DNA of 61,215 nucleotides, counting the filler. It is 12 parts of 12 records of this genome, joined end to end, with 100 filler letters (N's around TTAATTAATTAA, not from the genome) between each part and the next. Parts side by side here need not be neighbours in the genome. Positions count along the whole stretch, not along the records: positions 31,880 to 35,947 come from SRR7504441_25922; positions 36,048 to 40,254 come from SRR7504441_25931; positions 40,355 to 46,290 come from SRR7504441_25943; 9 more parts are not named here. One strand, written 5' to 3'. Below the pieces are notes generated by a model. The model worked only from the letters and a program-made list of their open reading frames with translations. It made no database searches and was not told the origin of the DNA. This document shows, piece by piece, positions 32,070 through 43,806 of the stretch; position 1 is the first letter of the stretch, and each line of letters begins with the position of its first letter. Both the position numbers and the translations under genes were made by a program.

Positions 32070-35000
32070 TTACACAGGTGGCCCGGAGTTTGAGGTCCGT
32101 ACGGACTCCAGGCTCACTGCCTTTAGGTCACGCAACGACATTCTCACTGGCTGAAGCCTAGCAGTGTCGAGGTGCTGCCGCACATTACTCAGCTCCGTTT
32201 CTAGCAGGATATTCTTCGATCGTAGCTCCTCAGTCTCCTTTTGGGCAGCTCCAATGTCCTCCTTCACAGCGTGTTGTATTTGCTTTAGCTTTCTCTTGAG
32301 CTCTCTGTAAGATTGCTTGTAGTAGTACAGATCTTTCTGTGTAGACTCCAACTCCTGAGTGAGCTGTGACGGAGCAGGTGGCTGTTTAGCCTCTTTCTCA
32401 CGTTGCAGAACATGCTGCTTTTCGAGCTCTGTGATAGCCTGATCATGCTGCAGGCGCACAACCCGCAGCTCTTCTCTAGTGTTGTCTAGGTCAGATGTCG
32501 CGCTGATCAGCTCACCACGCAATCTATCCTGCTGATGCTTCCACTCTAATTCGTCCTGCTTAGCCCTGATAACCTTATTGATATTTTGTTCGAGTAAATG
32601 TCTCATTTCAGCTGGTGACAGTGATTCCAACTGTCTTGTGATGTTCTCGTACGACCGCTCCGAGTCGACAGCCTTCTCCTGGGCATCCACTACCAGCGAT
32701 GTCCTGTATTCAAGCTGGATGTCCAAGTTATCCACCCGCTCGCTCAGTTCCTCCAAAAGGGTCCGGTCCAACGGCTCAAGGAAAGTCTCATCCTGCTGCT
32801 GTTTCTGAAGCATGTCACGGTCACTCTCCAATTGTGCAATCTGAGCATTTAGGTCCGCCGCTGCTGCCCGGGACTCGCCAGAATCCTCCACAGCCTTGAC
32901 TGCGGATTGTGCCACCTGCAGCTTATTCCCAAGTCCACTGAGTGTTTCTCGCAGTTCAGCGCTGGCTCGCAATCGCTTCAGCTCAACCTTACTCATCTCT
33001 TCCAGGGCTTCCTCCTTCTCTTTGAGCACACTTTCGCGTTCAGCTAGTTGCCGCTCGAGCTCCTCTACTGCTTTCTGCTTGGATATGTAATTGTCAATTT
33101 CTGTCTCTAGCCGCTGCTGAGTGGCTGAGCTGTCGCCATTCTGGCTGCGTTCCAGCTGCAGCTGCTTCACCTGCTTGGTCTTTTTCTCGATCACACTGCG
33201 TTGCTGAGCATTCTGTGACTCCATATCTCGAAGCTTCCTCTGCCCCTTCTCAACTGCGTGCCTCAAGTGCACCAGCTTCCGCTGCTGCTCCTCACGCTGC
33301 TGCTCTTCCCACTCCTTCTCTTCTCGGAGCCGTAACTCTAGCTTCTGCTTCTCGTCCTCCATCTGTCGGATCTGCGCCTCATACTTTCGAATTTTTCGAT
33401 CAGACTCTGCTTTGACCTTTGTAATTGGCTGCTCTGGCTGACCATTCTTTTTCAGCTCCTGGAGCTGAGCTTCACGCTCGGCTATCTGTGCTTCATACTT
33501 AGCGGTCAAGGCCTGCGCCTGTTCGGCATGCTGGGCAGCCTGGGCATCGTGCATCAATTGCTCCAGCTTCTCGTGTGCTGATCGCAGCTCTCCCTCCATC
33601 AAAGTCACCTTGTCTTCATACTCCTCCTTTGCAGAGACAGCATGCTGCTCGTTTCGAACCAGCATTCGAATCAACTCTTGCTTCTGTTTGATATTTATCG
33701 TCAAGTCCTTCATTTGGCGCTGAGTCCGCGTCTCTAGACTCTGCAGCTGCGACATCTGCTGCTGTGAGAGTCGCTCCAGTTCCTGCTTTTGCTGCTCCAG
33801 CTCGTGCCTCTCTGCGTCGTTCTGCAGCTCATGCTCCGATTGCTCAGCGCTTGGAATTTCCTCCCGGCTGTCTTCACAGTAAAGCACCTCGTCCTGCATT
33901 TCGTGCTGGCCGGCTGCATCCCCCAGAGTGGAAACTGTGAGGGCAGACGCTGGTGCGGTCGGAGGTCGGCCCATCATCCTAGATCGCATCTCTTGGACCA
34001 TCTGCTGCGCTTCGTTGCACTGCTCTCTGAGCGCCTGCACATTCATCTGCAGTTCGCTATTTGCAAACTGCAGTGCCGAGATTTGCTTCATCTTGTGATT
34101 GAATATCTCCTCATCCCGATCAAGATCGTCCTTGGCTTCAGCAAGCTCCTCGCTTAAATGCTTGTTTGTGCCCTGCTGCTGCATCAGCGCCTGCTCCAGC
34201 TCTGTTACTCTTTGTGCAGCGCTAATGCTGGCCTCAGTGTCGTGGGTTGGTGCTGGGGGCACAGGGACCGGGCCATGCCCGCACGCAACGAGCAGCTCGT
34301 CGGATGGAATCAGGGCTGCCAGCTCACTGAATATTGTGCCTGGCTGGAGATTGGTCGCACTGGCTGAGAGCTGCTGCATCAAACATGCAACGCCTGTTGT
34401 CACCTTGCATAACGCGGCCGAAAAGTCATTCCGCTCCGAGCAGCATCCAGACAGCTCTCTTGCATGTGCGGCCTCCGCTGCAACGAGATCGGCTGACACA
34501 GTGCTCAACTGAGCCTCAAGCTCAAGCTTCTGATGCGCGAGAGTTTGGACCATTTGGCTATCGGCGGGTGCTACTTGCTTCTTGAGCTTGAGCTGCAGCG
34601 TCTCGATCTCCTGCTGCAGATCCTCAACCATCACATGCTGCTGTCCGGGGTTGACGTTCACAATTGGAGTGTTCTTGATGAAACGTGCGCGTGAAGCGTA
34701 TTTGAGTGTGTTGAGGGTCTCGTCCAGTGAATCCTCTGAGGGAGACACACATGCTACCATCAGGGTCTGCGAATTCCCTCCCAGTGCATCCTGCAGGATG
34801 CGCGTCAATTTGGATTCCCTGCACACCAGCAGATCACACAACAGTAGCCTGGCGGGTGGGACCTGTAAGGCACGTGGCCTGCAGTCTTGTTGGATGAGAG
34901 TGCAGAGATCACGTTCCCCAGCGCCAGCAGCCCCTGATTGATCGACACCGACTCTTTGAACCGTTGGCCCTTTGCCCCGGTCCGCTTATTACGCTCGGAC

Positions 35001-35841
35001 CTGGCCCTCGGGCTCGCCCAGTGCCCCCCGGGCAGCAGCACCCCGCCAGGTCGACCAGGTGGAACTTAGCCGAGATGAACTTATTGGCGTGCTCCCCGAC
35101 CGGGCTGCCGGTGAAGTCCTGCTCCAGCCCTATGCTGAAGATCGAGTGTGATCGGCTCGATTTATCGTTCATGAGCGTGCTCGCCGTCACCCGGTTGGCG
35201 CCCCCGATGGCCATGCACCGGTAGAGGTCGTCCGGCTCGCGCACCTGCTCGCGCTGGGCGCCGACCACCATCACCCCGCTGTCGGGGGCCTCCCGGATCA
35301 CGATGCTCTTGCTCGGGGTGTCCGGGTGGAGCAGGTCGCGCACCTCCTCGTTGTACACCTCCAGGTACGATACGTGGATCCCCACCGTGGCCCCAGAGTG
35401 CTGCTCCTGCTCCAGCTGCTGGAACAGCCCCCGAATCACCCGTGGGATGATCCCGAGCTGGTTCTTCGGCGTGTGCCCCGATATGCCCGAGCCCATCGTG
35501 TAGGTTTTGCCCGCGCCGGTCTGGCCGTACGCAAACACGGTGGCGTTATACCCGCGGAAGATCCCCTGCAGCAGCCCTGCGACGCACTGCTCGTAAATCA
35601 GCTCCTGGTGCGTGTCCTCGTCAAACGCAAAGTCGTACTTGAAGGTCCGGCCCTTGCCTAGCACGACCTGCTGCCCGTCGCCAGCAAACTGCAGGCACCG
35701 GTGGCACCGCTTGGCCAGCTCGGCCTCCACCAGAGGCCGGGCACGCACAGCAACCCGCACATTGTCCGCGGCCGACGGGGTGCCGCTGGGCCCGTTGGTC
35801 GCCTGAGGAAGGCCGGGCCCCGGAGGGCGGCTGCTGCTCAT
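32070..35841 (-). CDS. KIF27: Kinesin-4 family motor, KIF27/KIF7-like, 2 introns (41 and 44 nt)
   Basis: [67 protein letters not shown]; tail motifs [16 protein letters not shown] and [18 protein letters not shown] resemble KIF7/27. Confidence 0.88.
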
Positions 35842-35947
35842 GCCGCACCGCCTGCACGGCTGCACCGCGTTTCAACTGGATGATTCCAATTTGAGGATCA
35901 CCTATTAGAGAATGCCCGATTTGTTGTGTAGAACTTTACACAACAAC

Positions 35948-36047
35948 NNNNNNNNNNNNNNNNNNNNNNNNNNNNNNNNNNNNNNNNNNNNTTAATTAAT
36001 TAANNNNNNNNNNNNNNNNNNNNNNNNNNNNNNNNNNNNNNNNNNNN
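35948..36047. other. Artificial contig spacer
   Basis: N44-TTAATTAATTAA-N44. Confidence 0.98.
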
Positions 36048-36143
36048 CAGATCGAGGAACGTTGAGCCTTGATGAGGGCTAGGCATCCTGGAATGTTGCC
36101 ATTCTCAGCCAACGGAACTGCAGGTTCTGGGCAACAACAACAC

Positions 36144-37166
36144 ATGCACCCTGCGGCGAAGCAGGTGGCGGCGGCGGCCGAGCGGCTGGGCTCGCGGGTG
36201 GTGCGGACCCCTTTGCTCGAGGCCCGGCTGCTCAACGAGCTGGTGAGCGAGCGGCTCGGGCTGGCCGGGCTCCGTGTGTTGGTCAAGGCCGAGTGCCTGC
36301 AGCACACTGGGGCGTTCAAGTTCCGAGGGGCCACCAACCGGCTGCTCGAGCCGGACATGACCGCCCAGGCCCGGGCACGCGGGGTGGTCGCATTCTCCAG
36401 TGGCAACTTCGCCCAGGCGCTCGCCCTGGCCTCCAGCCTCACCGGGACTAAGTGCACCATCGTCAGCCCGCACGATGCCCCCCCCCTCAAGCTAGAGCGG
36501 ACCCGGCTGTACGGCGCGCAGGTGCTGCTCTCGACCGCAGCTGAGGGCGAGAACCGGGAGGTGGCCGCGTCGCGGATGGCCCAGGAGTTCGCCGAGGCGG
36601 AGGATGCCAAGCTGCTCCACCCGTTCGACGACTGGCCGGTTATTTACGGGCAGGGCACGCTCGCCCTCGAGCTGTTCGAGCAGGCCGCCGCGGCCGGGCT
36701 GCCAGCGGTCTCGACACTGATAGTGCCGTGCGGTGGGGGCGGGATGCTGGCCGGGTGCAGCCTGGCGGCCGAGCTGGCTTCGCCCTCGACCAGGCTGTTC
36801 GCCGTAGAGCCGGAGGGGTATGATGATCACAGGCAGAGCTTCGAGGCCGGCCGGCGGGTGCCGCTCTCTGGGGCGCCGGCCTCGACGGTGTGCGACGCGC
36901 TGCAGGCCAGCGCCCCGGGGGAGCTTACCTGGGCGGTGAACGGAGGCCGGATAGCCGGTGCGCTAGCACAAAGCGATGCGGCTGCAAAGGAGGCGATGGC
37001 GATCGCATTCGCCGAGCTGAAGCTTGTGCTGGAACCATCCGGCGCGCTGGGGCTGGCGGCGCTGTTGAGTGGGAACGTGCCGGTGAAGGCGGGCGATGCG
37101 GTTGCAGTGGTCGCTTGCGGAGGGAACATCGACCTCGAAGGATTCATAAACATGCTCAAAAACTAA
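36144..37166 (+). CDS. PLP-dependent serine/threonine dehydratase / serine racemase family enzyme
   Basis: KAECLQHTGAFKFRGA, SSGNFAQA, HPFDD..GQGT, PCGGGGMLAG, KLVLEPSGA, CGGN; intronless. Confidence 0.92.
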   Translation: MHPAAKQVAAAAERLGSRVVRTPLLEARLLNELVSERLGLAGLRVLVKAECLQHTGAFKFRGATNRLLEPDMTAQARARGVVAFSSGNFAQALALASSLTGTKCTIVSPHDAPPLKLERTRLYGAQVLLSTAAEGENREVAASRMAQEFAEAEDAKLLHPFDDWPVIYGQGTLALELFEQAAAAGLPAVSTLIVPCGGGGMLAGCSLAAELASPSTRLFAVEPEGYDDHRQSFEAGRRVPLSGAPASTVCDALQASAPGELTWAVNGGRIAGALAQSDAAAKEAMAIAFAELKLVLEPSGALGLAALLSGNVPVKAGDAVAVVACGGNIDLEGFINMLKN

Positions 37167-37276
37167 ACTCACATATAAGTATAATATAAGTACTGTAAAG
37201 AATTATGTACTTGCAGTGAAGAATTAGATTTTCAAATGTTGTACACAATTAAGATTAAGATGGATCGGGCACATCG

Positions 37277-40242
37277 TTAGTTACACGTGCTCAAGACTTG
37301 TTGAGCAGTGGTGATCAGATCATCGCAGTGGTCGGGCGACTTGTGCAAAAGCCTCACTTCTTGGCATTTCTCAAGAACGCAGCGCGGACTCACCCTCGCG
37401 GCCTCCTTCAGCACCTGCAACGAAACGGTTCAGACGATCACGGCTCGACCACAGGTCACCTTAGTCACGGCGTCCCTGATCTCAGGCCTTGGGTCATCCA
37501 GATGTATCACAAGTGTTTCGACCACTGAGTCAATGTGCTCCTAAACACATCCAAAAAGTCACCAACTGCAATAACGCGGCGCCAACCTGAGCGACGCCTT
37601 CCGTTAGGTAGCAGAAGTAGTGCACCAAACCCTCGAGTGACACTAATCTGACGTCGTCCAGCACATCATCAAGCCTGTGGCCGAGTGTCAGCACGCTCCC
37701 GATGGCTCAACACCTCTTGGACAGCGTCGGCCACAGCTCGAGCAGCAGCTCCGTGCTCACTGTGCCGCCTCGGCCGAGGCTAGAGAGCAGCTCCCCCAGG
37801 CAAATAGTGGACGACCTGCCCAGCGGCTCAGCTGCACTGGCGTAAGCAGGGTCACCGCCGGAGCTCCGGACACCAGTCGTCGTCCACGCCTTGCTGCGAG
37901 CAGTCCAAGATGATCCGAACCATCTGCTCGTCATCCACCAGCTCTTTCATGCAGTTCGCCTTGAGCGTCCGCCTGAGCAGCTCCATGGCCGCCTCGCGCT
38001 TCCGTTCGACTATCCGTCCTGATGACCACTTGGCTGACGGCTGGACGATGTCAATTAGAACGTCCCGATAGCTCGGGCGGAGTGCTTGGCAAATCAGCTG
38101 GTCGGAGCACATGGCGCAGAGCATCATCACCACCCGCAGCTGGACCTCCTGCTCGATCTCGGCCTGTCCGGCCACCACCGCCACCACAGCCTTGACAATC
38201 GGTTTGATCTGGTCGCTCAGGCTGGCTGGATCTGCCAGAAGCAGCACTGCCTCCACTTGAGACAGTTCGGGCGAGTCCAGGCTCCACGGGCACGCCCCCC
38301 CGGCGCCCGCCCAGCCGAGCAGCCGGTCCAGACAGCTGGCGGCACACGCGCCGTACAGCGCCGGCACCGAGGGCAGCCCGAGCAGTTGAGCGAGCTGGAG
38401 CGAAGTCTGATCAATCTGCACTGGGAGTCAGCCCACGAGCCGGCTGCGGCACACCTCGGTGCACAGCTCGGTGTTCTCGACTGCGGCCGCCCGGAGCATT
38501 AGCACGGTCTGAAACAATTGCTCGGCGTGCTCGCTGGCCGCTGCTTGGATGTTCTCGAGCACAGAGGCGACGCAGTCGAGGACCTGGGCATGTACCAGAC
38601 CCGAGGCCTCAAAAGTGACTAGCGGGCTGCTGAGCGCCGGCAGCAGCTCTGGGAGTAACGGCAGCAGCTCGTCCGGAGCGCAGCTGGCCAGCAGCGACGA
38701 AACCACCTGCAGCTGCGACACGCGCACGCTCTGCTGGTAGGAACCTGTCCCACCCACTCTGCCCCGACCGCGGGCAAGCAGCTACTGTTGGTGAGCTCAG
38801 CTCTCATCACGGGAATCCACATGGAGGCCTCGGCCATCTCGCCCAGCATCTCCGCGGTCTCGAATCCCACCGCGGCCACCGCGTCGTCGTCGTCGCGGCA
38901 CAGCTTGCAGAGCGCCTCCAGCACGGTCGCAGTGTGCTCTCCTAGCTCATGACCAACCCAGCGACAGAGCACCCCCAGTGTCTTGCCGGCCTTGCCCCGG
39001 GTGATCGCCCGCCACTCGGCCATGTCCGTCACCACTTCGGCCACCAGCGCCGGTAAGTTGCCCAGCACGAGCTGTTCAGCCGCCTCAAGAGGGTCGGCAC
39101 CTCCCGTTATGCTCGCAGCTGCCTTGGCGAGCGCACCCTCTGCGTAAGTGGAGACTTCCTCCAGCTCGTCGGTCTCGCCCATCAGCAGCTGGAGCACTAG
39201 CTCGGCCAGCTGCGGCGCGGCGGCTCCCTGAACCAGCCAGCCGAGCACTACCTCTAGCAAGCACGAGCGCATCTGCCCAGAGTGTCAGCGTGCCAGCTAC
39301 CCAGCCGCTCGCACCCGTGGGTGCCTGTCGAAATGCACTTTCTTAACAAATTTGATCATCTCCGGCCAGCACTTGGCTGGAGCCGCAGGCATAACCCCTC
39401 CGATCGCTTTGAGCGCTGCCTCACGCACCTGGCCTCGAGCTTGCACCCGCCCAGCGGCAGCAGCGCACCTTGGCGTGCTGGTGCCCAACAGCCGAGCTCG
39501 GCTTGTACGCCAGTCCGTCGAGCAGAGCCTCCCACTGCTCCTCGGAGAGCTCCCGGCCCGCGAGCAGCTGGGCGCATCTGCACCCGCTGATCTTGACAGC
39601 AGGGCATTGGTCGAGGCAGGCTGCGCCGACCGCGGATACCAGTGGCTCCGGCTCCGGGTCGGGTGGGCCAGCCAGCGCCGCCTCGAGCAGCTCGGCTAGC
39701 TGGGCCCGCACCTCCTCGACAGGCTCCGGCTCCAGCAGCCGCCCGGCGGCCGCCCGGCCCAGCTCCGCAGTCAGCTCGCCCTGCTCCTCCGGACTTCGCC
39801 CGTCGACCGCGTGCGGGACTAGGCGGCAGAGCGACAGCGCAGCGTACTCGCGGCAGCCCGAGTTGGGGTCGGTTAGCCGTTCGATCAGGCAGCGGAGGTC
39901 CTGCCAGCACTGCCGCGCTGCCAGGGCGGCAAGCGCCGGGTCAGCGAGGACAGATGAGAGCTGTTTGAGCGCCCCGCGGCGGTCGGCCAGCTCGCCGGAG
40001 ATTACTGAGCGGGTGGCCCTGTGCACCGTCTGGACCAGGTTGTCGGCCGTGACACCGGGCTCGACAGGACGCTCCTCGGGCGCAGGGGCCGGGGCCGGGC
40101 GCTCCTTGATCAGCGGACCGGTCCGGTTGGCCGGCTTGCGCTTGGGCTGGCGTGAGCGGGCGTCCTCCGCCTGCAGCCACAGTCAGCCAGGCCCCGCCGA
40201 TCGGCGCGCCTTGAGCTCAGCGAACAGCTCGTCAATCGACAT
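37277..40242 (-). CDS. DNAAF5: Dynein axonemal assembly factor 5 (HEATR2)-like HEAT-repeat protein, about 8 introns (first, 40171-40209, is GC-AG)
   Basis: EPVEEVRAQL, HQHAK|VR, FDRHPR, AKWSSGRI..R, SK|RLDDVLDDVR, LVIHLDDP, C-terminal HKSPDHCDDL. Confidence 0.8.
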
Positions 40243-40254
40243 TCCCCCGCGTGT

Positions 40255-40354
40255 NNNNNNNNNNNNNNNNNNNNNNNNNNNNNNNNNNNNNNNNNNNNTT
40301 AATTAATTAANNNNNNNNNNNNNNNNNNNNNNNNNNNNNNNNNNNNNNNNNNNN
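40255..40354. other. Artificial contig spacer
   Basis: N44-TTAATTAATTAA-N44. Confidence 0.98.
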
Positions 40355-43300
40355 CACCCCGGTGGCACAGGGTGGGCTCCCCGCGGCCGCCCCTTAGGTT
40401 GGGGCAGCGACCGAGCGGGTGGGCAGGCGACGCTGCCAGCGACACGGAGCCCGTCAAAGATGAAGCCAACCTTCACCACGCTCGCCAGTTCGACAGTGCC
40501 GTTCGCTTGTTCGCCAGAGAAGGCATCAAGTTGGAGGACTACGTCGGGGCCAAGGCCGAGCCAGACGTGTTCAAGGCGGTCCGAAGCATTCCGTGTTTTA
40601 TGGTCCAGAACAGCAACAACGCGGGAATGGCAGCTTATGAGCCCGGCGCGGTAGCGACCGAGGTGGTGGAGGAGCTGCTGCCGGCGGACGGCCCGGAGGT
40701 GGCGGCTCTGTTCGCCACTGAGATGGCCGAGTTCGGGGCGGCTGCCCCGGCGGTCGAGCGTTTCCTGTCGCGGGCGGCTGGCGAGCTGGCGGACCTGCCG
40801 GCCAGCTTCGGGCCCGGCCGGCTGTGGGTGGCGCGATGCGCTGCCGGGCGGGTACTTGGCTGCGTCGGGGCCCGGCCAGCCGGTCCGCGGATGCTCGAGC
40901 TCAAGCACCTGCTGGTGGCCCAGGCGCACCGGGGGCGGGGGCTGGGCCGGCGGCTGGTCCAGGCCGCTCTCGAGTGGTGCGAGGCCCAGGGGAGCGGCGC
41001 GGTGGTGCTCGAGACGCTCTCGCTGATGGTGGCGGCCACTCAGCTGTACCTCCGCGCCGGGTTTTCAGAGCAGCGGCGCACTGGCCTGGGCGAATCCGGG
41101 CTTGAGCTGGTGAGCATGCGGCGCGAGCTGCGGCCGGCCCCGGAACCGGTGTGGCCCACTGGCAGTCTGGTCCGGCTGGTGCATTGCGGCACCGGGTGCG
41201 CGGCCAGGCTGCTGGTGGAGCGGCAGCCTAAGGGCGCAGTCCAGTTGGGGCTGGCAGGCTCACCGTACTCGCGACTCGCAATCGCACAGAATGGCAAGGT
41301 GAGCTGGGACGCGCCGGGCGGCAAGTTCGCCGCTCTCCGGGTGGTGCCCACTGGCCAGCCGGGCGCAAGTCCCGGGGGGCGGCTGGTGCTGCTCGCGAGT
41401 GTGGCCTGCGCGAGCAAGAGTAACCGCAGGGGTGGCAAAGGCTGGCACTTGGCATGCGACGCTCACGCCGGCGGGCACGAGCCGCTGAGCAGCTTAGCTC
41501 TGGCTGGCGATGCCGACGCGGACGAGCCATCCGCGCTGTTTGAAGCGACTCTGGAGGCCCCTGAGTCGGCTGACCGCCCAATAGTGAAGGTATCAAGCCC
41601 ACGCGTGCTCTCCGAAGCTGACAAGGCTTTCATGGAGTCCGCCGGCTATTTAAAAATAGAGCGAGCCGTCCCCGCCGAGTGCTGCAGCCGGGCGCTCGCG
41701 TCGATCAACCGCTGCCTCGGGACGCCGGGTGGGCTGGTGGCTGGCGGCGTGGATGGGTTTGGGAAGTTGGCTGGAGGCGTGCACAGCTCAGCTGCCATCC
41801 TGGATCTTCTGCACCGCTCAGGGCTCGAGCAGCTCGTGAACCAACTGGTCGGCCCGATTGCCAGGCCAGAGGGCGCCCAGATTGCGCTCCGGTTCCCCGA
41901 GCTGCCGCCGGAAGTCCCAACGGAGCTGCCTCCGGATGAATGGCACACGGATGGCATGAGGCAGGGCAAGCAGAACCCGTTTACTCTGCTGGTGGGTGTG
42001 GCGCTGTCGGCACAGCAGGCCGAATTTGTGGGCAACTTGGCGGTGTTCCCTGGGTCGCACTGTGTGATTCACGAGTTGATTGAGGAGGGAGGCAAGCTGC
42101 GAGGGGTCGAGTGTGGGCAAGAGAACTGGTCTGTGGCTGCTGGTCATGCGGACCCGTGGTGTCGGGCGGCTGGCCTGCCACAGCTGGCGCCGCCGCAGCA
42201 GATCCTGGTGCAACCGGGCGACGCGCTGCTGCTGCACGCCAAGACTGCGCACAGAGCCTGCCCCAATTGGTCGCCTGATATACGCTACATGGTGTATTTT
42301 AGAGTTAAGCACTACCAGCAACACTCGAACTGCATGCAGCAGCAGCTGGTCCACGACCTCTGGGCTGACTGGGATCATTTGCCCAGGGGATCTGCCCCGA
42401 GTAGCACCGAAGCAGACCTGCGCATGCAGATTGCCCAGCTAGAGCAGCGAGTGCTCGAGCTGGAGCAGTCAGAGTCACCGAGACCTCCCATTGCATCTGT
42501 CGCCGGGCGAGTGCTGACCGCAGAGCAAATCCACTGCTTCCTGCGTGAAGGTGTGGTGGTCGTCCCCGGGATGCTTTCGGCGCCCGAGTTGCAGGCAGCT
42601 CTGGAGGGGCTTCAGAAAACGCTTGCAGAGATGGGAGTGGACCCGTCCGACCTTGAAGGCACGGGTGGCGCTCTCAGGGCAGCCTCATCGACTGGCGGGG
42701 CTGGTGGAGTGCTCGACAGGTTCTACGACAAATGGAAGCTTGAGCTCACACTTGCAACCGAACGGTATGCCGCTGCGATGTCAGACCTCTATGCCGCCTC
42801 TTTTGCCAAAGACTCTGGGCTGTGGACTCACCCATACGGCGCGTTTGACCCGACAGAGGTGTGGGCCCATGTCGACCGGATCGGGTACAGAGTGCCTGAT
42901 CCGATCTCCCAGTTGCACTCCAAGGGCGCCAAGGCGATGCAACGGTCGCTCACGCCCCATCTAGATTGCTGCCCAAGCAGCATGCACGGCGGTGGCGGCA
43001 AGGAGTTCCCCAGATGGCGACCCATTCAGTGCTTGGTGGCATTGACAGAGAGTCTGGAACCAGACACTGGAGGGTTTGAATGCGTCGCCGGGTTCCACCG
43101 TGAATTCGACGAGTACTTTGATGCGAACCCGGGCGTGTGCAAAGGTGACTTCTGCGCCATTTCAATGAGCTGCCATGCAGAGCTGGTGGCTAGATTTAAA
43201 CACGTGCCGTGCCCAGCTGGCGGGGCCATCTTTTGGGATCAGCGGATACCTCACGCCAATGCGGCCCACAACTTCTCGGACCAGCCACGTGCTGTCGTCT

Positions 43301-43515
43301 ACGGCGGTTTCCTTCCCAAGGTGGATGCCAATAGACAGTTTGTGCTTGAGCAACTGCGGCGATACAAGGAACTTCTCCCTCAAACTGATTTTTGGATCAA
43401 CTCTGTGGATCAGGCTAAGGCTTCAAGTAACTCCATCGGCCCGCCATGCCACCCCATGCCTGTAGAATCGCTATCCGAGTGTGCTTCCAAACTCATAGGC
43501 GCCGATGTCATTTAA
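40355..43515 (+). CDS. Multidomain protein: GNAT acetyltransferase + linker domain + two phytanoyl-CoA dioxygenase (PhyH)-like domains, probably 5'-partial
   Basis: ELKHLLVAQAHRGRGLGRRLV..LYLRAGF; PhyH1 FMESAGYL..WHTDG..PGSH..QPGDALLLH..AHRACPN..IR; PhyH2 FLREGVVVV..PHLD..GGFECVAGFH..PHAN..PR. Confidence 0.85.
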
Positions 43516-43806
43516 TCAACTCGTTACTCATAGTTACTCATAGTACAATCATGCATTATTATACATGTCTTTATCCATGTACTTGTACTTGTATTAAACA
43601 ATACGATCGCGAGTACTTTGAAGCTTGATCTCCTGAGCTACTCCTGAGCATGCAGTGGTTAGCAAGACCGCTGAACAATGTCCTGAGCAAGCAGGTTGGA
43701 TGACGACAGAGCCTACCAAGTTGCATGCAAAGGGCGAGAAAAGCAGCCCGTCGACCAGCCACGACTGGGTTCCTGAGTGCTGCCGCACGCGGGAAACCAG
43801 GCATGC

